DNA of 64,000 nt from an uncultured Gemmatimonadota bacterium (GCA_964480515.1 CAYZOT010000009.1:33205-97204), one strand, 5' to 3'; shown: positions 29,788 to 39,687, counted from the stretch's first letter. The notes: generated by a model from the sequence alone, not told the origin. Program-made: numbers and translations.

Positions 29788-31214
29788 CCCCGCTAGACGT
29801 TGTTGTCTTGGTTGTCTATCTGGGAGCGACCACCGCTTGGGGGGCATGGCTAGGTAGGGGATCTCAAAGTGGTGACGAGTACTTTCTGGGCGGTAGGGAT
29901 TTGCCATGGGGTGCCGTATTACTCTCCATTGTGGCCACAGAGACGAGCACCTTAACGTTTTTATCGATACCAGGTGTCGCGTATTCGGGCTCGCTTGGCT
30001 TCCTGCAGATTGCGCTAGGTTATGTAGTTGGGCGTCTTCTGATAGCCGTATGGTTACTCCCCGCGTACCGAACTGGCGAGTTTAAAACCGCTTATGAGTT
30101 TTTAGAGTGGCGATTCGGCATTAAGAGTCGACGGCTCGCTTCCATAGTCTTCATGGTGACTCGATTGCTCGCTGATTCGGTGCGGCTTTTTGCTACAGCC
30201 ATTCCACTCACGCTGGTAACCGGGTGGTCACTTGTCACTTCGGTGATCATCATTGGCGCGATCACCTTTATCTATACGTATTTGGGTGGGATCCGGGCTG
30301 TAGTTTGGGTGGATGCAGTTCAAATGGTGCTCTATCTATTTGGTGGAGCCATCGCACTGTTCATGCTGGAACGGGTCGTGCCAGGTGGATGGGTAGAGAT
30401 TCTGAGTCGAGCATCGGAAGCGGGTAAGCTTCAGGTTGTAGACGCCGCGCTTGACTTCGGGCGACCCTACACGCTCTGGGCCGGTCTTATCGGTGGTGCA
30501 TTCCTATCGATGGGCTCACATGGAACAGATCAGCTCATTGTCCAACGCTTACTTGCATGCCGCGATTTGCCGTCAAGTCGCCGTGCCTTAGTTGGAAGTG
30601 GACTTGTCATCCTAGGGCAATTCGGACTCTTCCTTATCGTTGGGATCGGTCTGTGGGCGTATTACGATGCATCTGTCTTCCCAAGGTCGGATGAAATATT
30701 CGCCACTTTCATTGTCGAGGTGCTTCCAGTTGGTATCCGGGGGTTACTCATCGCAGGTGTGTTCGCAGCAGCAATGTCGACTCTATCAAGCTCGATCAAC
30801 TCGCTGGCGTCAACCACTGTTTACGACTTTTGGGTGGTGAAGAGACCAGAGGCTGATGAGCGTGCCATCCTCCGCGCGGGACGTGTAGGGACAGTGATTT
30901 GGAGCCTGTTACTGATTGGCGCAGCAATTGGGTTTATCCCATTAAGTCGAGAGAGTACTGCAGTTGAGGTGTCGCTGGGAATTGCGTCGCTTGTCTATGG
31001 TGGCCTAATAGGAGCTTTCGGTTTAGCGCGCTTCGCCAGATGGCGAGTTGATGATTTTGCTGTTTGTACAGGCCTCGTCACTGGGATTGGAGCTATGGTT
31101 GCCATATGGGTAACTGCCCGATCTATGATCGCCTGGCCTTGGTTTGCACTTTTGGGTACGGGAATCACGATTGGCGTGGGATTGCTTGTGGGTTGGTTCC
31201 GAAAAAGGGAATAG
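29784..31214 (+). CDS. Sodium:solute symporter (SSF) family transporter (start non-canonical or uncertain)
   Basis: Multi-TM protein with the SSF N-terminus ..LDVVVLVVYLGATTAWGAWLG....DEYFLGGRDLPW. The first canonical start, TTG 29808, truncates TM1. In-frame CTG 29784 overlaps the upstream TGA as CTGA, with GGAG 8 nt upstream. Confidence 0.82.
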   Translation: MTPLDVVVLVVYLGATTAWGAWLGRGSQSGDEYFLGGRDLPWGAVLLSIVATETSTLTFLSIPGVAYSGSLGFLQIALGYVVGRLLIAVWLLPAYRTGEFKTAYEFLEWRFGIKSRRLASIVFMVTRLLADSVRLFATAIPLTLVTGWSLVTSVIIIGAITFIYTYLGGIRAVVWVDAVQMVLYLFGGAIALFMLERVVPGGWVEILSRASEAGKLQVVDAALDFGRPYTLWAGLIGGAFLSMGSHGTDQLIVQRLLACRDLPSSRRALVGSGLVILGQFGLFLIVGIGLWAYYDASVFPRSDEIFATFIVEVLPVGIRGLLIAGVFAAAMSTLSSSINSLASTTVYDFWVVKRPEADERAILRAGRVGTVIWSLLLIGAAIGFIPLSRESTAVEVSLGIASLVYGGLIGAFGLARFARWRVDDFAVCTGLVTGIGAMVAIWVTARSMIAWPWFALLGTGITIGVGLLVGWFRKRE

Positions 31215-31281
31215 GGGCGTCTGCTTAATTTAGGGCGGCCGGGTTGCTCTTCCGCTCTTACGCTACCTACTCTTCCGGGTT

Positions 31282-34134
31282 ATGTCAGAGCGAAATACAC
31301 TCATTATCCGAGGCGCCCGTGAGCACAACCTCAAAGATGTCGACGTGGATCTCCCACGCGACAGCTTGGTGGTTGTTACGGGTTTGTCTGGTTCCGGAAA
31401 ATCGTCCCTTGCCTTCGACACAATTTATGCTGAAGGTCAGCGACGCTACGTGGAGTCTTTGTCCGCTTATGCACGTCAGTTCCTCGGTGTCATGGAGAAG
31501 CCTGACGTTGATCTGATTGAGGGGTTGTCTCCGGCCATCTCAATCGAACAAAGAACCGCTGGTGGAAACCCTCGCTCCACAGTCGGAACAGTTACAGAGA
31601 TTTACGATTACTTGCGGCTCCTATGGGCTAGGGCGGGCACCCCCCATTGTCCATCATGTGAACGTCCAGTTCGCGCCCAGTCCAGCTCGCAGATTGCAGC
31701 ACAGATTCTTGAGTGGCCGGAAAATGCCAGCATAGAGATACGGGCCCCATTGATTCGAGGTCGCAAGGGAGAGTTTAGAAACCTTTTTGAAGATGCGCTT
31801 AGCCAAGGTTTCGTGAGGGCACGGGTTGACGCCGAACTGATTGACCTCAGTGAACCTCCGAAGCTAGACAGACGCCGAAATCACAACATCGCCATTGTAG
31901 TCGATCGGTTAACGGTTAAAGAGTCTCACCGCGAACGACTCGCCGATTCAATTTCCACCGCTCTACAAATGGCCGATGGGATTGTAGAAATCGATTTGCT
32001 CTCGACCAAGAAAGTGAAATCGACGAGCAGCACAGGAAACGCAGTTGGTGCGGGTGGCCAGTTGTTCAGTGAACGGTACGCTTGCCCTAATTGCGGCCTC
32101 AGCATCCCGGAATTAGAGCCAAGGCAGTTCTCATTCAACTCACCCTTTGGCGCCTGTGAGGAGTGCGATGGGCTTGGGGTGCAACACGAACCGAATGCAG
32201 AACTCATCATCGGAGGCGACCAGATCTCTATCCTGGAAGGTGTTTTGCTACCTATGGGAACGCCAAGCGGTCGCGTGCGTCGGCGGAGTCTACCTCGACT
32301 CGCCAAGAAATTGGGCTTCGATCTCAATACACCATGGGGTGAACTGAACGATATCCAAAAAGAGGCGATCTTGTTTGGAGACTCAGATGTGGGCTGGGAG
32401 GGTGCCATCGCTGCCACATTGCGCCGGTTCCATGAGACTAAGAGCGATAAAGTACGCATGCAACTCGATGAGTACATGACGCTCTCTACGTGTCGTTCAT
32501 GCGCTGGAGCGCGATTGAACCCTGAGAGCCGGGCGGTCACTGTTGAGGGCGTTAGTATGCACGAAATCTGCGAAAAGTCGATTGATGAACTTCGTCCGTT
32601 TCTAGAAAACTGGCATACTTCTGCGCGGGAACTGGGAGGTGCAACGGCTGAGATCCGAGTTCCGATTCTTAAGGAAGTCGTGGAAAGACTGGAGTTCCTT
32701 GATCGAGTTGGCCTGGGATATCTCACTCTTTCCCGTTCGGCGGAAACGCTTTCTGGTGGCGAGGCTCAGCGGATTAGGCTTGCGACGCAAATTGGAAGCC
32801 GGCTAGTAGGGGTACTCTACGTACTCGATGAACCAAGTATTGGTTTGCACCCACGCGACAACAAAAAATTACTCGGGACCCTCGAAGCGCTTCGAGATCT
32901 CGGTAACACGGTCTTGGTCATTGAGCACGATGAGCAGACGATTCGAACTGCGGATCATATTGTCGATATGGGTCCGCTCGCGGGGCGCCATGGAGGTGAG
33001 GTGTTAGTGTCGGGCGACTTAGATAAACTGCTTGAGAGCGAACGGTCGCTTACGGCTGCCTATTTGAGAGGTGAACGTGAGATCCCGATTCCCCCGCAAC
33101 GGCGCCTGCCGGAAAACGGAATGCTTGTGGTACGTGGGGCAGCAGAGCATAACCTTCGCGAAATCGACGTTGAGTTTCCACTTGGCCTATTTGTCTGTGT
33201 GACGGGGGTGTCCGGCTCAGGTAAGTCGACGCTTGTTGAGGATATTCTCTACCGGCGGTTGGCACGCGAGATCCATAGGAGCAAGGTCTTACCTGGTGCT
33301 CATGAGCGGATCGATGGGGTGGAACTTATCGATAAGGTAATAGACGTTGACCAGAGCCCGATTGGGCGTACGCCGCGTTCAAACCCCGCGACATATACGG
33401 GTGTTTTTACACCAATACGTGAGCTGTTTTCCCGCCTGCCTGAATCGAACATCCGTGGTTATGGACCTGGACGGTTTAGTTTCAATGTAAAGGGTGGACG
33501 TTGCGAAGCGTGTCGTGGAGATGGGCTTGTTAAGATCGAAATGCACTTCCTGCCGGACGTGTATGTGCCCTGTGATGTATGCCGAGGTCGTAGGTACAAC
33601 CGGGAAACACTGGAAGTTCTCTACAAAGGAAAGAATATCGCGGATGTCCTCGATATGAGTGTGGATGTGGCGCTTGAGTTTTTCGAGGCGGTACCAACCT
33701 TAAACCGCCGGCTTCAGACGTTGTCTGATGTGGGATTGGGGTATGTAACGCTGGGGCAGCCCGCTACAACGCTTTCGGGGGGAGAGGCTCAACGGGTAAA
33801 GCTTGCGTCCGAACTAGCTAAAATGAGTACAGGTCGCACCGTCTACATACTCGATGAACCAACGACTGGTCTGCACTTTGAGGACGTGAGGCTGCTACTG
33901 GGTGTCCTCCACCGGTTAGCTGATCGTGGGAATACCATTATCGTGATCGAGCATCACTTGGACGTGATCAAAACAGCCGATTGGATCATTGATATGGGTC
34001 CAGAGGGTGGATTTTCAGGAGGCATCGTAGTTGCCGAAGGGGCGCCGGAAGTAGTGGCGTCTTCGGTGGATAGTCATACCGGGAGACATTTGTCAGAACT
34101 GCTCAGTCGTGATGCGAAAGCGTTGGTGGTTTGA
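31282..34134 (+). CDS. uvrA: Excinuclease ABC subunit A
   Basis: 950 aa with two ABC ATPase modules ([25 protein letters not shown]) and zinc fingers ([15 protein letters not shown]). Confidence 0.97.
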   Translation: MSERNTLIIRGAREHNLKDVDVDLPRDSLVVVTGLSGSGKSSLAFDTIYAEGQRRYVESLSAYARQFLGVMEKPDVDLIEGLSPAISIEQRTAGGNPRSTVGTVTEIYDYLRLLWARAGTPHCPSCERPVRAQSSSQIAAQILEWPENASIEIRAPLIRGRKGEFRNLFEDALSQGFVRARVDAELIDLSEPPKLDRRRNHNIAIVVDRLTVKESHRERLADSISTALQMADGIVEIDLLSTKKVKSTSSTGNAVGAGGQLFSERYACPNCGLSIPELEPRQFSFNSPFGACEECDGLGVQHEPNAELIIGGDQISILEGVLLPMGTPSGRVRRRSLPRLAKKLGFDLNTPWGELNDIQKEAILFGDSDVGWEGAIAATLRRFHETKSDKVRMQLDEYMTLSTCRSCAGARLNPESRAVTVEGVSMHEICEKSIDELRPFLENWHTSARELGGATAEIRVPILKEVVERLEFLDRVGLGYLTLSRSAETLSGGEAQRIRLATQIGSRLVGVLYVLDEPSIGLHPRDNKKLLGTLEALRDLGNTVLVIEHDEQTIRTADHIVDMGPLAGRHGGEVLVSGDLDKLLESERSLTAAYLRGEREIPIPPQRRLPENGMLVVRGAAEHNLREIDVEFPLGLFVCVTGVSGSGKSTLVEDILYRRLAREIHRSKVLPGAHERIDGVELIDKVIDVDQSPIGRTPRSNPATYTGVFTPIRELFSRLPESNIRGYGPGRFSFNVKGGRCEACRGDGLVKIEMHFLPDVYVPCDVCRGRRYNRETLEVLYKGKNIADVLDMSVDVALEFFEAVPTLNRRLQTLSDVGLGYVTLGQPATTLSGGEAQRVKLASELAKMSTGRTVYILDEPTTGLHFEDVRLLLGVLHRLADRGNTIIVIEHHLDVIKTADWIIDMGPEGGFSGGIVVAEGAPEVVASSVDSHTGRHLSELLSRDAKALVV

Positions 34135-34202
34135 CTGAATACGGGGTACACAAAATTTTCCACGTTCAAAATGTGTTCTTGATGATAGGTAGTGGTCTTG
34201 CG

Positions 34203-34242
34203 GGTTGCCGATAGATCTTGGGATCTTGGAATGGTTGCCGAT
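34203..34242. repeat. Nested direct repeats upstream of the DmfA2-like gene
   Basis: GGTTGCCGAT occurs at 34203-34212 and 34233-34242. These copies flank a tandem GATCTTGG GATCTTGG (34214-34229), 35-75 nt upstream of ATG 34277. Confidence 0.5.
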
Positions 34243-34276
34243 CGGTTCCCCCAGCCCTCGACCGGATGATATTCAG

Positions 34277-36376
34277 ATGAGTAGACTGCATGTGCTTTTC
34301 TTTCTTCCCCTCCTTGTATTTTCTTCTGCTTGTGTTCCTTCTACGGTCACCAAGGGTGATTTTTGTGCAGAGCCTGCTAACGAAATTGTAGCTGAGAACT
34401 GCTTGCCGGGAGACCCTGCTACCGAGTGGGACATTAACGGCTACGGTGATCCAAGCATCCAAGGGTTTGGGACTGATATTGCAATTGCCCAAGGTGAAGC
34501 GATCACCTTAAAAATTGATACTAATTCGGACGCGTATCGTATCGATATCTACCGGATGGGCTATTACGGTGGTATGGGAGCGCGACGCATAGATACGATT
34601 GAGCCCTCGGCTACCCTCCCACAGGATCAGCCTGAGTGTCTTAGAGGTAACATTCCTGTGCTGGACGAGAATGGCCGCATTAGAACAGCGGAAGCGCCGC
34701 TCTTCGATTGCGGAAACTGGGCTCCGTCGGCGGTGTGGGAGGCGCCTGAAGATGCCACCTCTGGCATCTATTTTGCGCGACTGGTGCGAGAGGATCCAAT
34801 GGAGCCGGGTCTATGGAAGAACGATCAGTTCGGACCGTCCTCTATTCCTGAAGGTGCCGCCGAAGATTCTCTCTGGAATGCGCCTGGCTTCAGGGCCATC
34901 ATGGCAAACGGGTTACGTGAGCCGAGGGCAAGTCACATCTATTTTGTTGTTCGAGATGATGACGGTGAGTCAGACATGCTGTTCCAGACGTCAGACATGA
35001 CGTGGCAAGCCTACAACCGTTTTGGCGGTCATAGCGTTTATGGGCGGCTCGATCCAGAGCACACCAGGGTCCATGGGGGTCCGCCACGCGCATATAAGGT
35101 GAGCTATAACCGACCATTCGAGACGCGCCATTATCGTGCGGTCAACAAGGTGTTTAACTCCGAGTATCCCATGGTCCGATGGTTAGAGCGAAACGGGTAC
35201 GATGTTAGTTACACAAGCGGTGTTGATACGGAACGCCGGGGCGAACAGATCCTTAACCACAAGATCTTTTTGTCCGTAGGCCACGACGAGTACTGGACTG
35301 GGAGCCAGCGCAGGAATGTCGAGGCTGCTCGCGATGCTGGCGTGCATCTTGCATTTTTCAGCTCAAACGAAGTCTACTGGAAAGGGCGTTTAGAGGAGAG
35401 CATCGACGGTAGTGGCCAACCCTACCGAACTTTTGTTACGTACAAGGAAACACAGGATCATCGAAAACTGGATCCGGTCGAGTGGACCGGCCAGTTTCGG
35501 GACCACCGTTCGATGAATTCTGAAGGACCTTGGCCGGAAAACGCTCTCACCGGGACCCTTTTTACCGTTAACGCATGGCGGAATGACCCCCTCATTGCAG
35601 ATGCCCAATTTGCGGGACTCCGTTTTTGGCGTAATACCGAAGTCGCCACCCTTAAACCCGGCGAGCGTTTTATTTCTATCAAGGGTATTCTCGGTCACGA
35701 ATGGGATTCCGACATAGACAACGGTTTTCGCCCGCCAGGCTTATTCCAGCTGTCTTCCGCCACGATCGATAACACGACGTATTGCGTCCATCCCGGTCGA
35801 GGTTGTGAGACAGGAACTGCCACCCATAACGCCGTCATGTACCGACATGAAAGCGGAGCATTTGTGTTTGGATCGGGCACACTCCAGTGGCCGTGGGGAC
35901 TGGACGCTAACCATGATTCAGAGACAGGAGTTCCACCTGAACGGCAAAATGGATCGGATACTCGAGTTGGTGTCGATCCCAACGGTCCGGACCGCAACAT
36001 TCAACAGGCGACGCTTAACCTGTTTGCTGACATGGGGGTCCAGCCTACTACAATGCAGTCGGACTTGATCCCGGCTACCGCTTCAACGGATGATATGTTG
36101 CCCACTTCTTCGATTGACGACGGGTTGATCGGGTCCATTGGGACCGAGATGAAAATCCTAGGTTCAGCTAGTGACTTGGGAGGCGGTGTTGTTGCTGCAG
36201 TTGAGGTGTCGGTCGATGGGGGTGTGAGTTGGCACCCTGCTGTTGGCAGAACGAGTTGGAGTTATGCATGGGTGCCGAGAGTGACCGGCGCGGTGACAGT
36301 CCTCAGTCGGGCTGTTGATGACAGCGGTAATCTCGAAGCTGTAGGGGTGGGCACATCGCTGACGATCGAGTCCTAG
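34277..36376 (+). CDS. Secreted or lipoprotein-like N,N-dimethylformamidase beta-subunit-like family protein with a C-terminal Ig-like domain
   Basis: Signal peptide with Cys (LLVFSSAC). Core motifs DMTWQAYNRFGG and GHDEYWT, as seen in DmfA2-like (class I glutamine-amidotransferase-like fold) proteins. C-terminal VEVSVDGGVSWHPA Ig-like module. ATG 34277 chosen over ORF-track start 34205. Function unknown. Confidence 0.6.
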   Translation: MSRLHVLFFLPLLVFSSACVPSTVTKGDFCAEPANEIVAENCLPGDPATEWDINGYGDPSIQGFGTDIAIAQGEAITLKIDTNSDAYRIDIYRMGYYGGMGARRIDTIEPSATLPQDQPECLRGNIPVLDENGRIRTAEAPLFDCGNWAPSAVWEAPEDATSGIYFARLVREDPMEPGLWKNDQFGPSSIPEGAAEDSLWNAPGFRAIMANGLREPRASHIYFVVRDDDGESDMLFQTSDMTWQAYNRFGGHSVYGRLDPEHTRVHGGPPRAYKVSYNRPFETRHYRAVNKVFNSEYPMVRWLERNGYDVSYTSGVDTERRGEQILNHKIFLSVGHDEYWTGSQRRNVEAARDAGVHLAFFSSNEVYWKGRLEESIDGSGQPYRTFVTYKETQDHRKLDPVEWTGQFRDHRSMNSEGPWPENALTGTLFTVNAWRNDPLIADAQFAGLRFWRNTEVATLKPGERFISIKGILGHEWDSDIDNGFRPPGLFQLSSATIDNTTYCVHPGRGCETGTATHNAVMYRHESGAFVFGSGTLQWPWGLDANHDSETGVPPERQNGSDTRVGVDPNGPDRNIQQATLNLFADMGVQPTTMQSDLIPATASTDDMLPTSSIDDGLIGSIGTEMKILGSASDLGGGVVAAVEVSVDGGVSWHPAVGRTSWSYAWVPRVTGAVTVLSRAVDDSGNLEAVGVGTSLTIES

Positions 36377-36418
36377 TGACTAACGGGTGGAGGTGCATCC
36401 TCCACCCGTTAGTCACTA
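36374..36418. terminator. Perfect 20-bp inverted repeat (5-nt loop) between convergent genes; candidate bidirectional terminator
   Basis: 36374-36393 (TAGTGACTAACGGGTGGAGG) pairs perfectly with 36399-36418, with loop TGCAT. The two outermost triplets are the stop codons of the two convergent CDSs (TAG 36374-36376 and, on the minus strand, TAG at 36416-36418). There is no U-tract on either side. Confidence 0.6.
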
Positions 36419-37945
36419 CTGGTTAGTCGGAAACCCGAGATCCACTTTGCTTCCGGAGGGGTCTGGCCAGCGGGTGGTTATTACTTTCGGGCGCGTATAA
36501 AAGTGGATGCCTTCGGGTCCATATATGGTGTGGGCCCCGAAGGCTGAGTTCTTCCACCCTCCAAAAGAGTGGTAACCAACGGGCACGGGAATGGGTACGT
36601 TGATCCCAATCATGCCAGCATCAGCATCCTCCTGAAACCTCCGCGCCGCACCACCGTCACGCGTAAAAATCGCAGCGCCGTTGCCCCATGGGTTATTCGC
36701 GAGTAATTCAACTGCTTCGTGGTATGTGTTGACGCGTACTACACACAGGACGGGTCCAAAGATCTCGTCCGTATACACGGACATGTCTGTCGTCACGTCG
36801 TCAAGAAGCGTTGCCCCTAGGAAGAATCCACCAGTGTTCACTTTGGTTCCACGCCCATCGAGAACTACTCGCGCGCCATCATCTGCTGCGGTTGAAATAT
36901 AATTTGTTACGCGATCAAGATGTTCGGCTGTGATGAGTGGTCCCATCTCAGATGTCGGATTTGTGCCCGGTCCCACTCTTAGATTTTCCGTGCGAGTTTT
37001 GATTGCCGCAACAAGTGGATCTCCAACCTCTCCCACGGCGACGACCACGGAAATTGCCATGCAGCGCTCTCCTGCAGATCCGTAGGCGGCCGATACAGCG
37101 CAGTCAGCTGCAAGATCAATGTCTGCATCTGGAAGTACCACCATATGATTCTTGGCTCCGCCAAGAGCTTGGACCCGCTTTCCATTGGCTGAACCCAGCT
37201 CGTAGACGTATTTGGCGATTGGAGTTGATCCGACAAAACTGATCGCCTGCACGTCTCTGTGCTCTAGTAGACGATCCACGGCAACTTTGTCACCATGCAC
37301 CACGTTAAGAACACCCGGTGGGAAACCAGCTTCTTGGAGCAATCCTGCGATGAAAGTGGGGGCTGAAGGGTCACGTTCGGAAGGCTTCAAAATGAACGTA
37401 TTCCCGCACGCGATGGCATTTGGGAACATCCAAAATGGCACCATAGCAGGAAAGTTGAATGGTGTGATTCCCGCAACTACCCCAAGGGGGCGGCGAACGG
37501 AATAAACATCAACTCCGGTGGATGCGTGCTCACTGTATGTGCCTTTGAGGTGTTCGGAGAGCCCGCAAGCGTACTCGATATTCTCCAGGCCGCGTGCAAC
37601 CTCGCCCATGGAATCGCTCATCACTTTTCCGTGCTCTGCGGTTAGTCGATGAGCGATCTCTTCAGCATTTCTTGAAACAAGGTCCCGATACGCGAACATC
37701 AACTTCGTTCGTCGGGCAAGGCTTACGTTTCGCCACTGATCGAACGCAGCCTTTGCCGAGGAAACAGCCATATCCACGTCGCTGACACTCGCTAGATCGA
37801 GTTCGCCAGTTTGTTCCCCGGTGGCCGGGTTGAAAACTGGTGATTTTCGATCAGAGTCACTGACCACAGGATTTCCGTTAATCAGGTGGTGAATCGGTCG
37901 GATGGCGACCTCTTTCGCTGTTTCCGTGGTCATGCTAGCGCTCAT
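36416..37945 (-). CDS. mmsA: CoA-acylating methylmalonate-semialdehyde dehydrogenase
   Basis: 509-aa ALDH-superfamily protein with the MMSDH-type motif FPAMVPFWMFPNAIACGNTFILKPSERDP and the catalytic Cys region GERCMA. Confidence 0.88.
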   Translation of the reverse strand: MSASMTTETAKEVAIRPIHHLINGNPVVSDSDRKSPVFNPATGEQTGELDLASVSDVDMAVSSAKAAFDQWRNVSLARRTKLMFAYRDLVSRNAEEIAHRLTAEHGKVMSDSMGEVARGLENIEYACGLSEHLKGTYSEHASTGVDVYSVRRPLGVVAGITPFNFPAMVPFWMFPNAIACGNTFILKPSERDPSAPTFIAGLLQEAGFPPGVLNVVHGDKVAVDRLLEHRDVQAISFVGSTPIAKYVYELGSANGKRVQALGGAKNHMVVLPDADIDLAADCAVSAAYGSAGERCMAISVVVAVGEVGDPLVAAIKTRTENLRVGPGTNPTSEMGPLITAEHLDRVTNYISTAADDGARVVLDGRGTKVNTGGFFLGATLLDDVTTDMSVYTDEIFGPVLCVVRVNTYHEAVELLANNPWGNGAAIFTRDGGAARRFQEDADAGMIGINVPIPVPVGYHSFGGWKNSAFGAHTIYGPEGIHFYTRPKVITTRWPDPSGSKVDLGFPTNQ

Positions 37946-37947
37946 TC

Positions 37948-39378
37948 TTACCCCTCGTGGTAACCGAAAATGGCTTTAACCTCGAGAAATTCCTCAAACC
38001 CATACTTGCCCCATTCGCGGCCATTCCCGGACTGTTTGTATCCGCCGAAAGGAGCACGATTGTCTGCGTATGCCCCGTTCAGGTGGATTTGTCCGGAGCG
38101 GATTCTTCGGGCAACTGCCTGCCCGCGCTCTTTATCCGCTGAAGAGATGTACCCCGAAAGTCCGTAAGGTGTGTCGTTAGCGATCTGCACAGCATCATCA
38201 ATGTCTTCATACTTTATCAAGACAAGAACTGGCCCAAAAATCTCTTCACGCGCGATCGTCATTTCATTGGTTACGTGAGAAAATACCGTGGGTTTTACAA
38301 AATATCCCCTCTCCAGTGCCTCAGGCCGCCCTGTCCCCCCCACGACGAGTTTAGCTCCCTCATCTATCCCCTGTTGGATCAGATCCTGGATCTTTTTGAA
38401 CTGGACTTCAGAAACGACTGGACCAATGGTTGTGTCATCTGCGTCTGGGGCTCCGACGTTTACTCTCTCTGCCGTGGCGCGAGCGATGGCAGCTGCTTCT
38501 TCCATACGTTCATCTGGGACTAGCATCCGTGTGGGAGCATTGCAGGACTGACCTGAGTTGTTACATACATGGAAAACGCCGCGAGCGATGGCTTTCTCAA
38601 ATTCCGCGTCATCTAAGATGATGTTAGCCGATTTCCCACCAAGTTCTTGAGTGACCCGTTTAACGGTTGGTGCCGCTTTTTTGGCAACCTCGACCCCGGC
38701 ACGGGTTGAACCCGTGAAGGACACCATGTCTACGTTAGGGTGAGCTGCCAGTGCTGCTCCTACGACAGGTCCAGCACCGTTGACCAGGTTGAAAACGCCC
38801 GGTGGAACGCCGGCTTCGTCGAGGATTTCTGCGAAGAGGATTGCACTAAATGGTGCGACCTCTGAGGGTTTGAGCACCATCGTGCATCCTGCTGCCAATG
38901 CTGGGCCAACCTTGCAGGAAATTTGGTTTAGAGGCCAATTCCACGGTGTGATAAACGCACAAACACCAATCGGTTCATGAACCAGAAGCGAAGTTCCTAG
39001 ATCTTCTTCGAATTCGAAGTTTTCGAGCACCTGAAGAGCTCTTTTAAGATGCCCCAGGCCTGCAGGAACTTGGGCTTTTGAGGAGAGGCTTGAGGGGGCT
39101 CCTACCTCCTTGGTGATTGTATCTGCAAGGTCATCAATTCGCGCTTCGTAACCTCGAATGATTCGTTCGAGTAAGGCAACTCGTTCTTCTTTCGTTACTA
39201 AGGAGTACGTATCAAATGCCGCTTTTGCCGCAATGACGGCTTGATCTACGTCGTCTGCCCCCCCCATCACGATCTCACCGATCAGTTCTTCTGTTGCAGG
39301 GTTCACGACTCCCAATTTGTCAGTGGTTAGCGGATCTACCCACTTTCCGTTGATATAAAACTTTAGTCGGTTGCTCAC
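37948..39378 (-). CDS. NAD(P)-dependent aldehyde dehydrogenase family protein
   Basis: ALDH motifs (FTGSTRAG, ELGGKSANII, GQSCNAPTR). The stop lies 2 nt upstream of the mmsA ATG, so the two form an operon. GTG 39378 gives the usual MSNRLKFYINGKWV-type N-terminus with an upstream AAGGAG/AAAGG. ORF-track TTG 39456 is the alternative. Confidence 0.88.
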   Translation of the reverse strand: MSNRLKFYINGKWVDPLTTDKLGVVNPATEELIGEIVMGGADDVDQAVIAAKAAFDTYSLVTKEERVALLERIIRGYEARIDDLADTITKEVGAPSSLSSKAQVPAGLGHLKRALQVLENFEFEEDLGTSLLVHEPIGVCAFITPWNWPLNQISCKVGPALAAGCTMVLKPSEVAPFSAILFAEILDEAGVPPGVFNLVNGAGPVVGAALAAHPNVDMVSFTGSTRAGVEVAKKAAPTVKRVTQELGGKSANIILDDAEFEKAIARGVFHVCNNSGQSCNAPTRMLVPDERMEEAAAIARATAERVNVGAPDADDTTIGPVVSEVQFKKIQDLIQQGIDEGAKLVVGGTGRPEALERGYFVKPTVFSHVTNEMTIAREEIFGPVLVLIKYEDIDDAVQIANDTPYGLSGYISSADKERGQAVARRIRSGQIHLNGAYADNRAPFGGYKQSGNGREWGKYGFEEFLEVKAIFGYHEG

Positions 39379-39502
39379 GATGTCGACCTTTGCTCCTTCA
39401 CGTAATGGGTTTACGGCGGCAGATACATGACGGGCTTGAAACGCCAAGATTTTCAATGGCCGCAGCAGACAACTTATGCACTTGAGACTGGCTTGGCCCG
39501 CC

Positions 39503-39540
39503 TAAAAACAAAAAGGACTGGGACAGATTCGCTCCAGTTT
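39503..39540 (-). terminator. Candidate intrinsic terminator downstream of the HD-domain gene
   Basis: On the minus strand, ACTGGA-gcgaatctg-TCCCAGT forms a 6 bp stem with one bulge and is followed by CCTTTTTGTTTTT. Weak stem, good U-tract. Confidence 0.35.
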
Positions 39541-39687
39541 CTGTTCGGAGGTGTTCACTAATAGTCAGGCTTGCCCCTTCGACAGATTAGTCGGTCGGGC
39601 CTCTTCGGATCTAGGGGAGCATGGTCGGAATATTCACCCCCCTAAAGTCTCCGCTGCGGTTGCTTGTGTGTTGCTGTGAATTAGCCG

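Noticed and set aside
31926-32726. 266-aa minus-strand ORF inside uvrA. Similar long antisense ORFs occur at 27720-28232, 21204-21671, 21981-22493, 17783-18337, 23985-24572, 3962-4459 and 19403-19882.
   Set aside because: All are embedded in long, motif-rich plus-strand genes. They have Ser/Arg/Pro-rich compositions and no SD/start context.
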